NCBI GenBank assembly: GCA_038087875.1
Contig: CM075988.1
Coordinates: forward strand, 11,472,001 to 11,536,000
Origin: Malacoraja senta
Lineage: Eukaryota
DNA: 64,000 bases
Direction of reading: 5' to 3'
The notes below the pieces were generated by a model. That model was not told where the DNA came from. It made no database searches and saw only the letters and a list, made by a program, of their open reading frames with translations. Of the stretch, positions 1 to 12,434 are shown one piece after another. The stretch's first letter is position 1, and the number at the start of each line of letters is the position of its first letter. The position numbers were made by a program, and so were the translations under genes.

Positions 1-1979
1 TTTTTACTACAGCTCTCCATTAGCGGAGTGAGGCTCACAAATTACAGTACAGTCGCATTCTACAGTTAAAAACACATCAGAAATCTGGTAAAAGGAGCAG
101 AAGAAACACAAGAATAGAATAGAAAATAAAACAGAGGTGTTAGACATAGGGCACAGTGAGCAGTAATTAACTTTTCATTCAACTTATGCAGCCCAAATAA
201 CCCTGGAAGTGTGTTGACATTTGTTTACATTGTATTTAAAGAGCTGCATCAATAATTGTAGCCTCGAGATGTTTGGAACGAAAAGGCTGGCTTGGAGTGC
301 AGAGCTACCAAATCATTACTGTGTCACTGGAGGTCTTTAATGATGTCAAAGATAACCACTAAAAGGATAGCTACTCGCCAGAGATTGAGGAAGTTTGAAT
401 CATTTAGATTTTTGTCCGAACGTTTCGCATTAAGTACATATGGACATTGTAAATGAATGGTATTGGGTATGCTCATGGTCAAAACATCTCAGACATGTTT
501 GGAGTAATTTTCAGTTTTCCTGTGAATTGAGTGAAAATCATGTCAGTTCCGCAGCAGGTTATTGTACACTCTGTTGAATTGATGACCAATAAAGGGCTGG
601 TTAAAATCCATCCCTCTGTATTCTGCGACTTCATGAATATGTAGGAACTTGATCTGAAATATGTTTGAAGCTGACATTATGAGTAAACAACAAAAGATTG
701 AAGTATGTTCAAACTATGTTAGGTTGTTTGCAAAGAAAGGCTATGTGCTCACTATCTGAACAACTGCCAGAGCTTCAGGGCAAGCAGGAGACTATAATTA
801 GAGCCAGGAGCAATAATTGCTGGCATGTTACAGGAGCATCTACAGTACATGAAATACAAACTATTACAGATCACCGCTTGTTAGGTCCGGGGATTAAAAT
901 TGATCTAAAATGCAATTTTCTCTCTGATTGCACAGGCTTAAAAAATAGTTAATAGTATTAAATTTAATCTCACATGAGATTAGATATATGCATGTAACTG
1001 TGTGTGTGTGTGTGCATGCTTATGCATCCATCATACATGTGTGCATTTATTTTGGTACATGGAAATATTTATCTTTCCCTCGATTACAACGTTTTGCTGG
1101 TTCTGTTCTAGCTTCTTTACTTCTCAAGGAAGCTGCAATCAATTTGTTGTTTTACTCAATCTTATTGTGTTATTTTACTAGTGTATGTGCATTCTATTCC
1201 TCTTCCAAAATTCAATTTCAGATTGGAACAAACAACAACTACTATATAGTGCCTGATACAGGAAGCATTTCTCGTATTGGGCTGTTGGTGGGTACAGATT
1301 TGTGGACAACTTCATGTTTCCAACTACATGGGGCATGGACCTCGTGGGCTGAAGGGCCTGTTTCAATGCAGTATAGCTATGACTGGCAATACAAACAGCA
1401 GTCTGACTCAACTGGTAACATACTCCCCTCTGAATCAGAATACTTTAGTTTCAAATTCGGGCACAGAGTTTTAATGCATAAATTGGGACAACAGTTTGGT
1501 GCAGTTCTAATGGGATACTTCTTATGATATATTTAGTGGCGACTCAAGGAACTGCAGATGCTGGAATGTTGAGCAAACTACAAAAAGCCTGAGGAACACT
1601 GCGGAGGAAATTGATTGGTGGTGTTTTGGGGCGGGACCCTTCTTCAAAGGTCCTAACCCTTTTTGAAGAAAGGTTCCAAGCCAAATCTTCACCTGTCCAT
1701 TTCCTCCACAGGTGTTACCTGATCCACTGTGTTCCTTCAGTACTTTTTGATTTGATGTTGACTTCTACGTAGAAGTCTGCATAGAATAGCTAGCCGCAAG
1801 CTCTTTGTTCTAAGACAATATGTATGCACAATCAAAATAAATAATATTTTCATTGATGTGCATTAAATCCTCCTCAGGTCATAGTTTGAAATGACTTCTT
1901 GTACTCAGAGATGTACTTGATCTTGGATTGTATTATTAGGTGTGATAAAGTGCTATTTTTTACTTTACTATGGTTAGAA

Positions 1980-2395
1980 ATGTATCTTAGGCCCCCTTCG
2001 GTCATGGCTGACCATGGGTGTCTCCAGGGTTGGAGGATGCCAGTGCGTGACTTTGTTTAACGTGGGGAAACTGGTGCACAGACACCCACCACACGGTCCT
2101 TGATAGGTCTGGGTCAGGATCCAGTGGCATGGAGTCCAAGACGACCGGAGACCATTTTCTGCTGCAGCCTTCATCTGCCTTCCCAGCCATTGTGACGCTC
2201 CACTAAGGTCAGCCAACATCCTCCACCTGTTCCACCGTTGAGGTTTTGGTTGGATTTCTCATTGTCAGAGTCCTCCCCCTCGACCTTACCGCCATGGGTG
2301 GCCCTACCAGGAGCATAGCTGCAGACGGCATCGCTCTCAGGATCTCAGGACCACACCAGCTTCTCCACCACGACAAGGTGACAATCCATGGAGAA
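1980..2395 (-). mobile_element. Short RTE-clade-derived non-autonomous retroelement (mostly RTE 5'UTR-like)
   Basis: Minus strand begins ...gattgtcaccttgtcgtggtggagaagc...ctggtagggccacccatggcgg and contains ccccacgttaaacaaagtcacgcac, resembling RTE (BovB/Expander/AviRTE) 5'UTRs; flanked by gttagaa at 1973-1979 and 2396-2402 (possible TSD). Copy at 19447-19862. Confidence 0.6.
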
Positions 2396-2644
2396 GTTAG
2401 AAGGTTGCTGAAATTCAACACTTTTTTCTTCTTCTTTGTATTATGTATATATGGAAAACCATCCTAGTTAAACTACATTCTGTTTCGATGCCCAATGTCT
2501 CTGGCAAACATTGACCCATCTTGAACAGTTGACTTCCGAGCCTGCACGGTGGCATCCCTGCCGGCCAGGAATGTCACGGGCGTGCACGCATGGGGTAGAT
2601 TGGGAACACCGTTCAATCAGAGGACGGTGACGTGGGACTCGTGC

Positions 2645-3056
2645 GGGTGGCGTTTCGGGTCGAGACCCTTCTTCAATCAGATGTCTGGGGCGTGGGAGAT
2701 CCATAGATAAGGAAGTGTATGGTGTGAAAATAGAACAAAGGCAATGGGGATCAAGGACAATGTAGAATAGAGCATTGTTAGCGTGGGGAAGCTAACAGTG
2801 CTATTTTTAGAAGCTAACAGATAAAATGTAGTCAGGGACAGTATGACTGTTCGGAGAACTGGGAAGGGGAGGGATGGAGAGAGGGAAAGTAATGGTTACT
2901 TGAAGTTTGAGGTCAATGTTCGCAGTGTAAGCAGCCCAGGCAAAATATGAGGTGCTGTTCCTCCAATTTGCACAGGGCCTCATTCTGATAATGGAGGAGG
3001 CCCAGGACAGAAATGTCAGTGTGGGAATGGGAGGGGGAGTTAAAGTGTTTGGGTGA
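2645..3056 (-). mobile_element. Penelope-like element 3' fragment (GIY-YIG endonuclease C-terminus plus LTR)
   Basis: Minus strand translates KHFNSPSHSHTDISVLGLLHYQNEALCKLEEQHLIFCLGCL, followed by the LTR motif gaagaagggtctcgacccgaaacg. Copy at 20112-20523. Confidence 0.8.
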
Positions 3057-5154
3057 TGTACCATGTTCGAAGATAGTTAGTAAATAACTGTTAAATTACA
3101 TAATTGTTGTTATTGTTCTGGGCAATACATAATAGATATCAGGGTTGAAGCCCCAGCCATTTTGCTTTCTTAGCCTTAGTGTTAAGTGGAATAGATGTGT
3201 TAAGCCAAATGAACTGTTTCTGTACATAAATAGTATGTATCATGTATTGCATTTATAACACTTATGTACCAGCATCTTCTTGCAAGCAATAACATCTATT
3301 ATTCATCCCTTGCTCCATTTCATTTCCGAGGGGCACACAATTTGTACCTCTTAATGAGCCTGAAATGATTTATAATTGAACATAACAAGAGAGGAATTGA
3401 GATGTCAGATTACAAGAAAAGGAGGGTGTGAACAATAGTCTCAGTGCAAGTCAGGAATGGCCATTGTAACAAATTACTTTGGTGGGGATGCCTGACAAAA
3501 GCAATCAGACATTTGGCAATGTTATGAGCTCTGTGTTTCATTAAGAAATGAGCTAACTTTGCCATATGTGAAATGAAATAGGATGGCCCAGTTTGAAACC
3601 AGCTAATATAAATCCCAAAGGGTTTGCTGCTTATTTCTCAAATGAGCAAAAATTGATTGTTAGCTAGGAATATTCTATGAATCTGGACTCATTTCAAGCT
3701 GTCATTGAAATGTCCTGCAGTGCTGTGTGAGGGTTGACGAGAGCAGACAATATGGGGGAAAAAACTGATCTAACAAAATGTATTTTCTCTTTAGTGCGCA
3801 CTGGCATCTCCCTTCAATTCTCCCCCTGGGAGTCTCTGCCTTACATTTCCTCCGTAGCCAAGCTCAAGGCAGGAAATAGCCAAGTGGGAGACCTCTTTTT
3901 AGAAGCTTACCACCCTGATAATTGTGAAGAATTGAGATGGAGATTAATGTACTGCTGCCTCAACCTTTGGATCATTATGAAGCACTTCTTCATGTCCTGC
4001 CTTTTTCTGCAAAGTGCTGGATGGAAATCAGCAGGTCAGGCATATCTTTGAAATTAATGGGCAGGTGACATTTCGGGTCGGCGTCTTTCTTCAGTGCTGA
4101 CCAGAAACATCGCCTGTCCATTTCTTCTAAAAGTGCTGCCTGATCTGCTGATTTCCTCCAGAACTTAGTGTTTGGCTCAAGATTTCAGCAACTACAGTTC
4201 CTTGTGACATTGTTTCTCCAAAGCTTTGCTTTGTGGCCAACCATTAACTCAATGATATTGACAGCAGTTGAGTGGAATTGATACAAAAGTAAGTGAGGTT
4301 CATTGTGCTTATATACTGCAGTACTAACTCAAGTATCATGACATCTGCCCTAATCCAGTTCTTATTTAATCATTGACAGGTTTGCATGGTAGCTTCCATA
4401 ATAGTTAGCTCTGCCATTTTAGAGGGCACATGAATCAATTTATAGTCACATATTTGCTAGAGCAAATTTCCTTCCCCAAAAGGTGTTATTGACAATCTTT
4501 TTTGACATTGGTCAATATTATACATGTAAGCTTTTATTCTATTTTTTTTAGTTATTTGAAGTAAAATTGCATTACTTCCAAGGCAGGATTTAAACTCATG
4601 CCTTAGATCATCACTCGGGGGCCTTAAATGCTAACTTAAGTAGTGTAGAGGGATGATGACCTTGCACCCAAGGTGTGATAAACCTCGGAAAGTGCACTCT
4701 TCAAGTGCGCTAAATAACCACTGCGCTACTCTACTCAAGTCTGAAAACACCAGTGAGTGAGCAGAAAGCAGATTTAAAGCTCTGCTCCTTCAGAGGAGGC
4801 TGACATTGGAAACATGCTCCTGTCATTTGATCCACATGGTAACTGCAATCAGGTCAACTGGTACCTGGCCCAGTTCACAGCAGGCCTGAGAGGATGCAGA
4901 GCCTGAAATGTTAGGATGGGTTCCCACACACAGAATAACCTGAGCAATTAAAGAATATTTAGACAATGTGCAAAATGACCTGTATATCATGTAAACATTT
5001 CCCAAAAACATCATAAACAAGCGAGTATTATTTGCAATAGAAAGAAATGTGGAATCAGTTCCTTCACTGAACTCACTGGGTCATATTCATTACAATACCT
5101 GAAGTGGATAAATCTCTTCAGCTATTATTATAATATATGTCAAAGACTAGAAAA

Positions 5155-5588
5155 CATAGGTTTAAAGTGAGAGGGGCAAGGTTTAAAGGAGATGTATGTG
5201 CCAGGGTCGCTGAAATTGTATTGAAATGTATCACATGTTACATGGAGTCAGAAAGGTCAGGTGACACATGTTGGTGGGAAAACTGATGGGGGCACAAAAC
5301 AGCATGTTTGTATTCAGTGGTGTTGAATGTGTATTTATTATAATTGGATCAAGGTGAGGATCTGACAATGACGACGAGGATGGGATTTGAACCCACATGG
5401 AACAAGTTTTTTTTACACAGAGAGTGGCGGGTGCCAGGAGTGGTGGTGAGGCAGGTACAATATACAATTCATCTGCTGGCAATTGAATCTATCACATGTA
5501 GGCAGAGGAAATTAGTTTAACTTGGCATCATGTTCGGCATGGACATTGTGGGTTGAAGGGCGTGTTACTGTGCTGTACTGTTCGATGG
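5155..5588 (+). mobile_element. CR1 LINE 3' fragment interrupted by a ~200 bp insert (5197-5399)
   Basis: cataggtttaaagtgagaggggcaaggtttaaaggagatgt...ttttacacagagagtgg...gggttgaagggcgtgttactgtgctgtactgttc is a typical CR1 ORF2 end and 3'UTR. Confidence 0.75.
5369..5399 (-). pseudogene. 3'-terminal fragment of tRNA-Ser(GCT) / extended primer-binding-site-like sequence
   Basis: Reverse complement of 5372-5396, gtgggttcaaatcccatcctcgtcg, matches the vertebrate tRNA-Ser(GCT) 3' end as recalled (GTGGGTTCGAATCCCATCCTCGTCG) with one CpG-type mismatch; preceded on + by tga where a PBS has tgg. Confidence 0.65.
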
Positions 5589-5742
5589 TAGACTCAAAAT
5601 CCTGGAGTAACTCAGCAGGACGGGCAGTATCTCTGGAGAGAACCCATTCCTTCTCTCCAGAGATGCTGCCTGTCCCGCCGAGTTACTCCAGCATTTTGTG
5701 TCTACCTTTGATTTAAACCAGCATCTGCAGTTCTTTCCTACA
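5589..5742. mobile_element. Palindromic Penelope-LTR-derived insertion with TSD
   Basis: Inverted arms ctggagtaactcagc...ctctggagagaa / ttctctccagagatgctgcc...gagttactccag; flanking duplication ctgtactgttcgatg (5574-5588) and ctgtactggtctatg (5743-5757). Confidence 0.75.
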
Positions 5743-7393
5743 CTGTACTGGTCTATGTTCTGCTATCATCATCTATCACTGATCTGAAGTATTTATTTTC
5801 CAGCTCTCTTCAAAGTGAGCATCCAGTATTTTGAATCAAAACATTAGATACAATTCAGAAAGATAAAATTCAGGCTGTAATATTTGAAATTATCAAATCA
5901 TTTGAAATGAGAAGTTTTTAACTAAATGATGTAAGCTGTGCATCTCTGTTCACTGATGCCCTGAGCAATGCCTGGATGGGCACAAGGGGGCAGCACATGA
6001 AATGGGCCGTGGATGAGAAAGGCCAAACCATTGATCCCGACCAGCTCACTGTTTCCAGTGAGTGATGCAACTGCCTAACAAATCTGACCCTTCAGAGCCT
6101 CCAGCTAGTTTTAAATTGAAACCTTGATTTATAGGGTGTCAGAGGAGTGAAGGAAATGCCAGTAATGGACTGATTTCTGCTGAACGCTGTATCAGCTCAA
6201 CCATGGCAATGCTTGAATTGATTAGAAGCAGCTGCAGGGATTTTAGAAGAGGGAGTAGGAAATGACGGTCACTCTATTAACAAGCTAATTGTTTTCTCCT
6301 TTCAGTTTTCCCCTTTGCAAACCTGCCACCTTCTTCCTCTCTCGCGGAAACATCATTGTCGGATGCTTAATATTTCACATTGGCAAACATGGTAAACAAG
6401 GCAATGGGATAGTTGCCGGGTGCTGTGGATAATCAGGAGCTAATGGGTGATATTGAATCCAGTTTGAACTGCTAGCAAAGGAAGATCAAGGTGGAGAGCC
6501 TGTTGTTCTGAGGTACTGGGAAAATGTGATCAGAAAGGAAAATATGGTGTGTTCATTTAAATAGAGTTGGACTCCCAATGTTTGTTTTCTTTCATTATTG
6601 CAACAGTTTCTGTTTGAATCTTCCCACTTCAATTATAATATAAATTCTGGAGTTCCAGCACATGCAAGCACCTTGGTAACAACTTCTGATCAATTCCTCT
6701 GTTGCAGTTTCATTTGCTACATCAGGCACATTCCTTTACACTAGCTATTAAACATTCTCATTAACAAAATAATGCAATTAGTAATTACGGTTCAACACCC
6801 ATTTTTGCCTCTAAGCTGAGTTGAAAATATCGAAAATGCACATGAGTATTCTACAGAATGTTTTTCTGACAGCAGAGTTCAAACAGCAGGTTTCAATGCA
6901 TTGTTTTAGGATGTGCACATCTGCAGTTTGCTCCTACAAATGGATATCAATCAGTTGCTGTGCTCAGCTATGTTACTCTTCAAGTGAGCTTTCTTTAATC
7001 AACTAGGATCTGGAAACTTGCAATGTTGGAGGAAAGTATTGTGCACATCTCTCATTTTATTTACACACCCTGCCCGAGGTGAGATAAACTCAATGTCAGA
7101 ATTATTTTGCTACTAATGGGCAGAAGCGTGTGTGGAGAAAGCCTTTCCTCCCATTTCCTCCCTCATTCCATTGCCTTTCTTCTTGAGGAAGAGTCAACTG
7201 TAAGGAATTACTGACCTGAAATGTATGATCGCATTTGATTCATAAAGTGCAAGTTGAAACAGCCTGAAAGACCACAACATCCTTTTCAAAGCCAGCCTCA
7301 GAAAAGTCACAAACCACTTCTTTGGATCGGAGCATCACAGAGCAAATAAGGAAGCCATTTGGCCCATCAATTCGTCATACATGATTTACCTTT

Positions 7394-8642
7394 CAGCATG
7401 GATTTACGAAAGGTAAATCATGTCTGACGAATCTTATAGAATTTTTCGAGGATGTAACTAGTAGAGTGGATAGGGGAGAACCAGTGGATGTGTTGTATCT
7501 GGACTTTCAGAAGGCTTTCGACAAGGTACCACATAAGAGATTAGTATACAAACTTAAAGCACACGGTATTGGGGGTTCAGTATTGATGTGGATAGAGAAC
7601 TGGCTGGCAAACAGGAAGCAAAGAGTAGGAGTAAACGGGTCCTTTTCACAATGGCATATTAATGAACTGGATGAGGGAATTGAAGGCAACATCTCCAAGT
7701 TTGCGGATGACACTAAGCTGGGGGGCAGTGTTAGCTGTGAGGAGGATGCTAGGAGACTGCAAGGTGACTTGGATAGGCTGGGTGAGTGGGCAAATGTTTG
7801 GCAGATGCAGTATAATGTGGATACATGTGAGGTTATCCACTTTAGTGGCAAAAACAGGAAAGCAGACTATTATCTAAATGGTGGCCGATTAGGAAATGGG
7901 GAGATGCAGCGAGACCTAGGTGTCATGGTACACCAGTCATTGAAAGTAGGCATGCAGGTGCAGCAGGCAGTGAAGAAAGCGAATGGTATGTTAGCTTTCA
8001 TAGCAAAAGGATTTGAGTATAGGAGCAGGGAGGTTCTACTGCAGTTGTACAGGGTCTTGGTGAGACCACACCTGGAGTATTGCGTACAGTTTTGGTCTCC
8101 AAATCTGAGGAAGGACATTATAGCCATAGAGGGAGTGCAGAGAAGGTTCAACAGACTGATTCCTGGGATGTCAGGACTTTCATATGAAGAAAGACTGGAT
8201 AGACTTGGCTTATACTCACTAGAATTTAGGAGGTTGAGAGGGGATCTTATAGAAACGTACAAAATTCTTATGGGGTTGGACAGGCTAGATGCAGGAAGAT
8301 TGTTCCCGATGTTGGGGAAGTCCAGGACAAGGGGTCACAGCTTAAGGATAAGGGGGAAATCCTTTAAGACCGAGATGAGGAAAAACTTTTTCACACAGAG
8401 AGTGGTGAATCTCTGGAACTCTCTGCCACAGAGGGTAGTTGAGGCCAGTTCATTGGCTATATTTAAGAGGGAGTTAGATGTGGCCCTTGTGGCTAAGGGG
8501 ATCAGGGGGTATGGAGAGAAGGCAGGTACGGGATACTGAGTTGGATGATCAGCCATGATCATATTGAATGGCGATGCAGGCTCGAAGGGCCAAATGGCCT
8601 ACTCCTGCACCTATTTTCTATGTATCTATCTATCTATGTATC
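7394..8642 (+). mobile_element. 5'-truncated CR1 LINE (RT ORF2 fragment to stop at 8539, 3'UTR, TCTA/TGTA-type tail)
   Basis: Open frame QHGFTKGKSCLTNLIEFFEDVT...YLDFQKAFDKVPH...ISKFADDTKL...RPHLEYCVQFWSP...FFTQRVVNLWNSLP; canonical CR1 3'UTR stem and microsatellite tail. Confidence 0.95.
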
Positions 8643-9236
8643 AACTATGTGCTGGCTCATTATGAGAATTGTCCAATCAATGCCATTTATTTTTCATATT
8701 TATATTCAATTCCCTTTGAAAGATGCTTCTGAAGCAACTCCACTTTTTTCACACAGGGTGTTTCTGCCTACTGGGAATGGCAAAATAGAGACACTTCACA
8801 TCTGTAGTCATTTGGTATGGTTGTGAGTTATCTTATTTCTGGAGACATGAGACTGCAGATGCTGGAATCCTGATCAAAACACAAAGCGCTTGAGGAACTG
8901 ATTGGGTCAGGCAGCACCTTGGAAAAGAATGGTTAGGTAACATTTTGGGCCATGTCCGATGAAAGTCCCAGCCTGGAACATTTCTTGAACTTCTTTCCAG
9001 GTCTGTTTGTTATCAATCCTACCAGAGCAAACTGTTTTGTTTCCAATTACCATCTGGATAATGTGGACAAATTCATTTATGAGACAATGAGATCAATTTG
9101 GACAACAGTGAAAGAGTACACAAAGTGCTGGAGTAACTCAGCGAGTCAGGAAACATCTCCGGAGAGCATAGATAGGTGACATTCTGGATCGGGACCCTTC
9201 TTCAGAGTCTTAAGAAGGGTCCCGACCTAAAACGTG

Positions 9237-11284
9237 AGCCATGATGTGACGTACGGCTCAGGATTCCATTGAAACAGAGGAGGTCTGTGTAGTTTAACAA
9301 ACATGTGCTAATACATGATTTATGAGAAATCTTGAGCGTTGGTGTTATTATCAAGTTCATGTGACTGAATCCCCTCTCACACTCAGCAGTACTAATAGGA
9401 ATAACTTGTGAACAGCTCAGTAATGGGCGTATATCTTGGGGAATGCGGCGTCCACAATTCTCCACATAATCTCTGAAGGCATTTATTACAGAGGAAGAAG
9501 AAAGCTTAAACCACTTACAGAGAGATGATATTGCAGCTTCTCCATAATTAGGTGGTATTTCAGCAGACCAACAGCATTTATCAAGGATACACAATTCATT
9601 CAGCAGGGACTTATACATATTATGAGGTTCAGAAGAATGAGAACCTTTCAAGGATGTTGTTTTGAAGTGCCAGTAAATGATCAGAATATGGTCTGTCATT
9701 CCGAGCAAAGTCATATGCAGAACGAAAAATTGAACAAATTGCCTTTAGATGCGAAGCGTTCATGGTGTCACCTAATTTTCCAAGAGCATCTTCACTAGCT
9801 TTATTTTCAACACATAGAGCAGCAGTGTGAGCTTTAGATAGTTTGTGATCAACTATATTTTTTTCTGAGAGACTTCAAGCGTGTACTTCGATCGGGTCCA
9901 TAATGGGATACATTTCCCATTCATTTGACAGCCTCAAACCCTAAGAAGTGAAAAGTGTCAGGTGCTTAAGTTTGCACACACTTTACACCCAAGCTTATCA
10001 TTCTTGAAGTCTAACCAGGGATAAGTTTCTTTCTTTTTCTTCCACATTTCTTCAGTCCAAACACCTGAATAGGGATACAAGCCTGACTTTGAAACATCAT
10101 TACTTTCAGAACTACATTTGGACCCGGTTAGAAAATTTGAACTAGGAGCAAACGAAACACAGCTTTAGTCACTTTTACTATTATCAGTCGCTTGTACGTT
10201 ATTCTTGTCGCATTCCTCAGCTTGTTAACGAAAGAAAGAAGTTAACATTGTTTGCGTAGAAGCCATAGGGATGTTAGTCAGAAAAATTAACTTTAGTATT
10301 AGAGAGTAATCTATGGTGCGGCGCGGACTACCACAGATGTAGCATTACTAATACGACTGAGTCAGAGCAGACAGCAGGGCCCGCAACGCTTAGCAGTGTT
10401 GTTAAACTGCAGTTATAAAAGTAACAGAATTTACCGAAATAAAGCAAATAAGTTTCTTTGCATTTTAGCCACCTAAATTGGAACCGACTCAACCACGTAA
10501 TCAAGTATGAAAAAAAAAAATCTAATGAACTATTGCTAAAGCCACGAATATCGCAGAATATTAGTATCAAAAGCGGTAGGTTGGCAACACTGGCTCGTAC
10601 AGTTTCTCTCGCAGAAATGTTTGGACAGGAAGTGTCCGTGTCAATACTCATAATATCCTCACACGTGGGGTATGTTTAGAAGACCAATACAAATCCTCTT
10701 TCGTTTTTAGATATATAAGAAGTTAAGGAAGGTTGAATCTTTACATCAATTATCTTATCTACCCCAACCTTTACTTCCGTAACATCCCCTTTATTTAATA
10801 TGCGACCGCTGTTAAATTCCCCGCTGTTTATTTTGGCTATCAGGCGGATAGATTCTTCTTGGTAGTAGAAGTGAGAATTTCAAGGGGCAAGAGGGTTTTA
10901 TTGGCAGATGTCCTGAAAGGGGACAATGAGATTCTAACTTGCAGCAATTTCAATTTCCTTGCGTAAATTCAGATTTGGTTCAGATTCTCTATTTTAAAAT
11001 ATCCCTCCTTACAACCGCAGCGGGTCAGCGGGTGAATATTCTAAACTAAAGCATCAGTATAAAGTATTCACCTCCAAAGCGGCCCTGGAATATCTGAGAA
11101 TCTCCCCCAACTAAACGCCATCTCTTTCCCCCTCTTGCGCAGTTAGAGCAACTTTGCACTAAATTCATCAACCAAATATCCGAGCGCACGGTTTCTCTAT
11201 TCCAAAGTTCTACCCACCCTGTTGCTCCCAAGGCAGAGGTACCAGAACGGCACTCCGGTGAGCTTCGGCAGCACTGCATCCCTG
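9237..11284 (-). mobile_element. Internally deleted hAT DNA transposon with KIAA1586-like transposase remnants
   Basis: Minus strand: MASTQTMLTSFFR (~10266), VWTEEMWKKKKETYPWLDFKNDKLGCKVC (~10065-9975), LKSLRKK/IVDHKLSKAH...IFRSAYDFARNDRPYSD (~9880-9685), then hAT C-terminal dimerisation motif PISTAECERGFSHMNLI (~9400-9350); terminus CAGGGATGCAGTGCTGCCG at 11284; stops and frameshifts present. Confidence 0.85.
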
Positions 11285-11320
11285 CTCCTATCCTGACTTG
11301 CTGAGTTACTCCAGCACTTT

Positions 11321-11520
11321 NNNNNNNNNNNNNNNNNNNNNNNNNNNNNNNNNNNNNNNNNNNNNNNNNNNNNNNNNNNNNNNNNNNNNNNNNNNNNNNN
11401 NNNNNNNNNNNNNNNNNNNNNNNNNNNNNNNNNNNNNNNNNNNNNNNNNNNNNNNNNNNNNNNNNNNNNNNNNNNNNNNNNNNNNNNNNNNNNNNNNNNN
11501 NNNNNNNNNNNNNNNNNNNN
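11321..11520. other. Assembly gap (200 N)
   Basis: Run of exactly 200 n. Confidence 0.99.
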
Positions 11521-11969
11521 TTAAATGATGAACAGTGCATCCAAGTGACACTCACCAATAACTTACTAACTTTTGTTCAGTTTGGTTGTGGCCATTATCA
11601 TTGGGATCCAGGTCTGGTTACACCATTGGGCCAACTGTGAACAAAAAATATCTGAGTTCCAAAGATGAGAACCCTAGACTTCCTCCTATCTCACACTCCC
11701 ATCCAAATCATCAGTGCCCAACATCCATGGCCTTTTGCTTGATGTGCCTGTTTTTTTCTTCATTGCCACTGACCAGTTTAGAACCAGCGATAGACACAAC
11801 AGCTGGAGTAACAGTCTGAAGAATGTCTCGACCCGAAACATCACCTATTCCTTTTCTCCAGAAATGCTGATTGACCCGCTGAGTTGCACCAGTTGTTTTG
11901 TGTTTATCTCCAGTTTTAATCATATCTCTTTGATACTACATTCACTGAAATATGATCTATCCCTGTGAT

Positions 11970-12120
11970 TTGAGTGAATGGTTAGATGGATTATAATGTG
12001 AATAAATGTGAGGTTATTCTCTTTGGTGTCATAAAAAGAAATGCAGATTGTTATCTAATAGGTTATACAATAAAAAATGGAAAGGTGCAATCACACCTGA
12101 ATGTCCTTGTGCAGAGTTCA
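11970..12120 (+). mobile_element. Old CR1 RT fragment
   Basis: MDYNVNKCEVILFG..RNADCYLIG resembles MQYNVDTCEVIHFSGKNRKADYYLNG of the CR1 at 7394. Confidence 0.65.
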
Positions 12121-12434
12121 ATTAAACTATTAGGCTTGGGTGTTTGGTTGTGGATGACCTGGTTCCTGACTTCCCTGTATTGATCATTTGTCTGGATGTT
12201 TTCATGTCTATTGAAGAATTTGAAACATTAAGAACAAGGCAGCCAACCAAATTGACAGCCCATCTAACAGTGTAAGCATTCTCTTTCACGAACACTGGCA
12301 CCATTGTTACCTGGCAGACCCACAACCTCTACCACCTTGGACAGCAGATACATAGGACTATCATCACATGCATTTTTATTCTCCCTCACTTCATAATTAA
12401 CAAACCATCATCACTAGTTGAAAAGTAATTAGTG

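Larger units (their letters stand above)
1..11320 (+). repeat. Copy 1 of a direct duplication of at least 11.3 kb (matches 17468-28787)
   Basis: The ORF track of this interval recurs with identical translation at +17467 (except ORFs that run into the Ns); spot-checked microsatellite and homopolymer lengths match; the copy ends exactly at the N gap. Confidence 0.97.

Noticed and set aside
988..1527. 179-aa ORF (and its copy at 18455-18994)
   Set aside because: Starts in a (TG)n tract, runs through a CR1-like 3'UTR remnant (~1330-1385) and has no recognisable domain; its recurrence is due only to the duplication.
2498..2640. GC-rich segment with weak inverted symmetry
   Set aside because: Terminal match too poor to call a MITE by eye.
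7466..8539. 357-aa ORF as a functional gene
   Set aside because: 5'-truncated CR1 ORF2 lacking the endonuclease and the GVPQG motif.
10394..10592. Possible nested element with cagtgttg.../gttggcaacactg ends inside the hAT
   Set aside because: Only 8 bp of clean inverted match and no TSD; cannot be separated from the hAT's own internal sequence.
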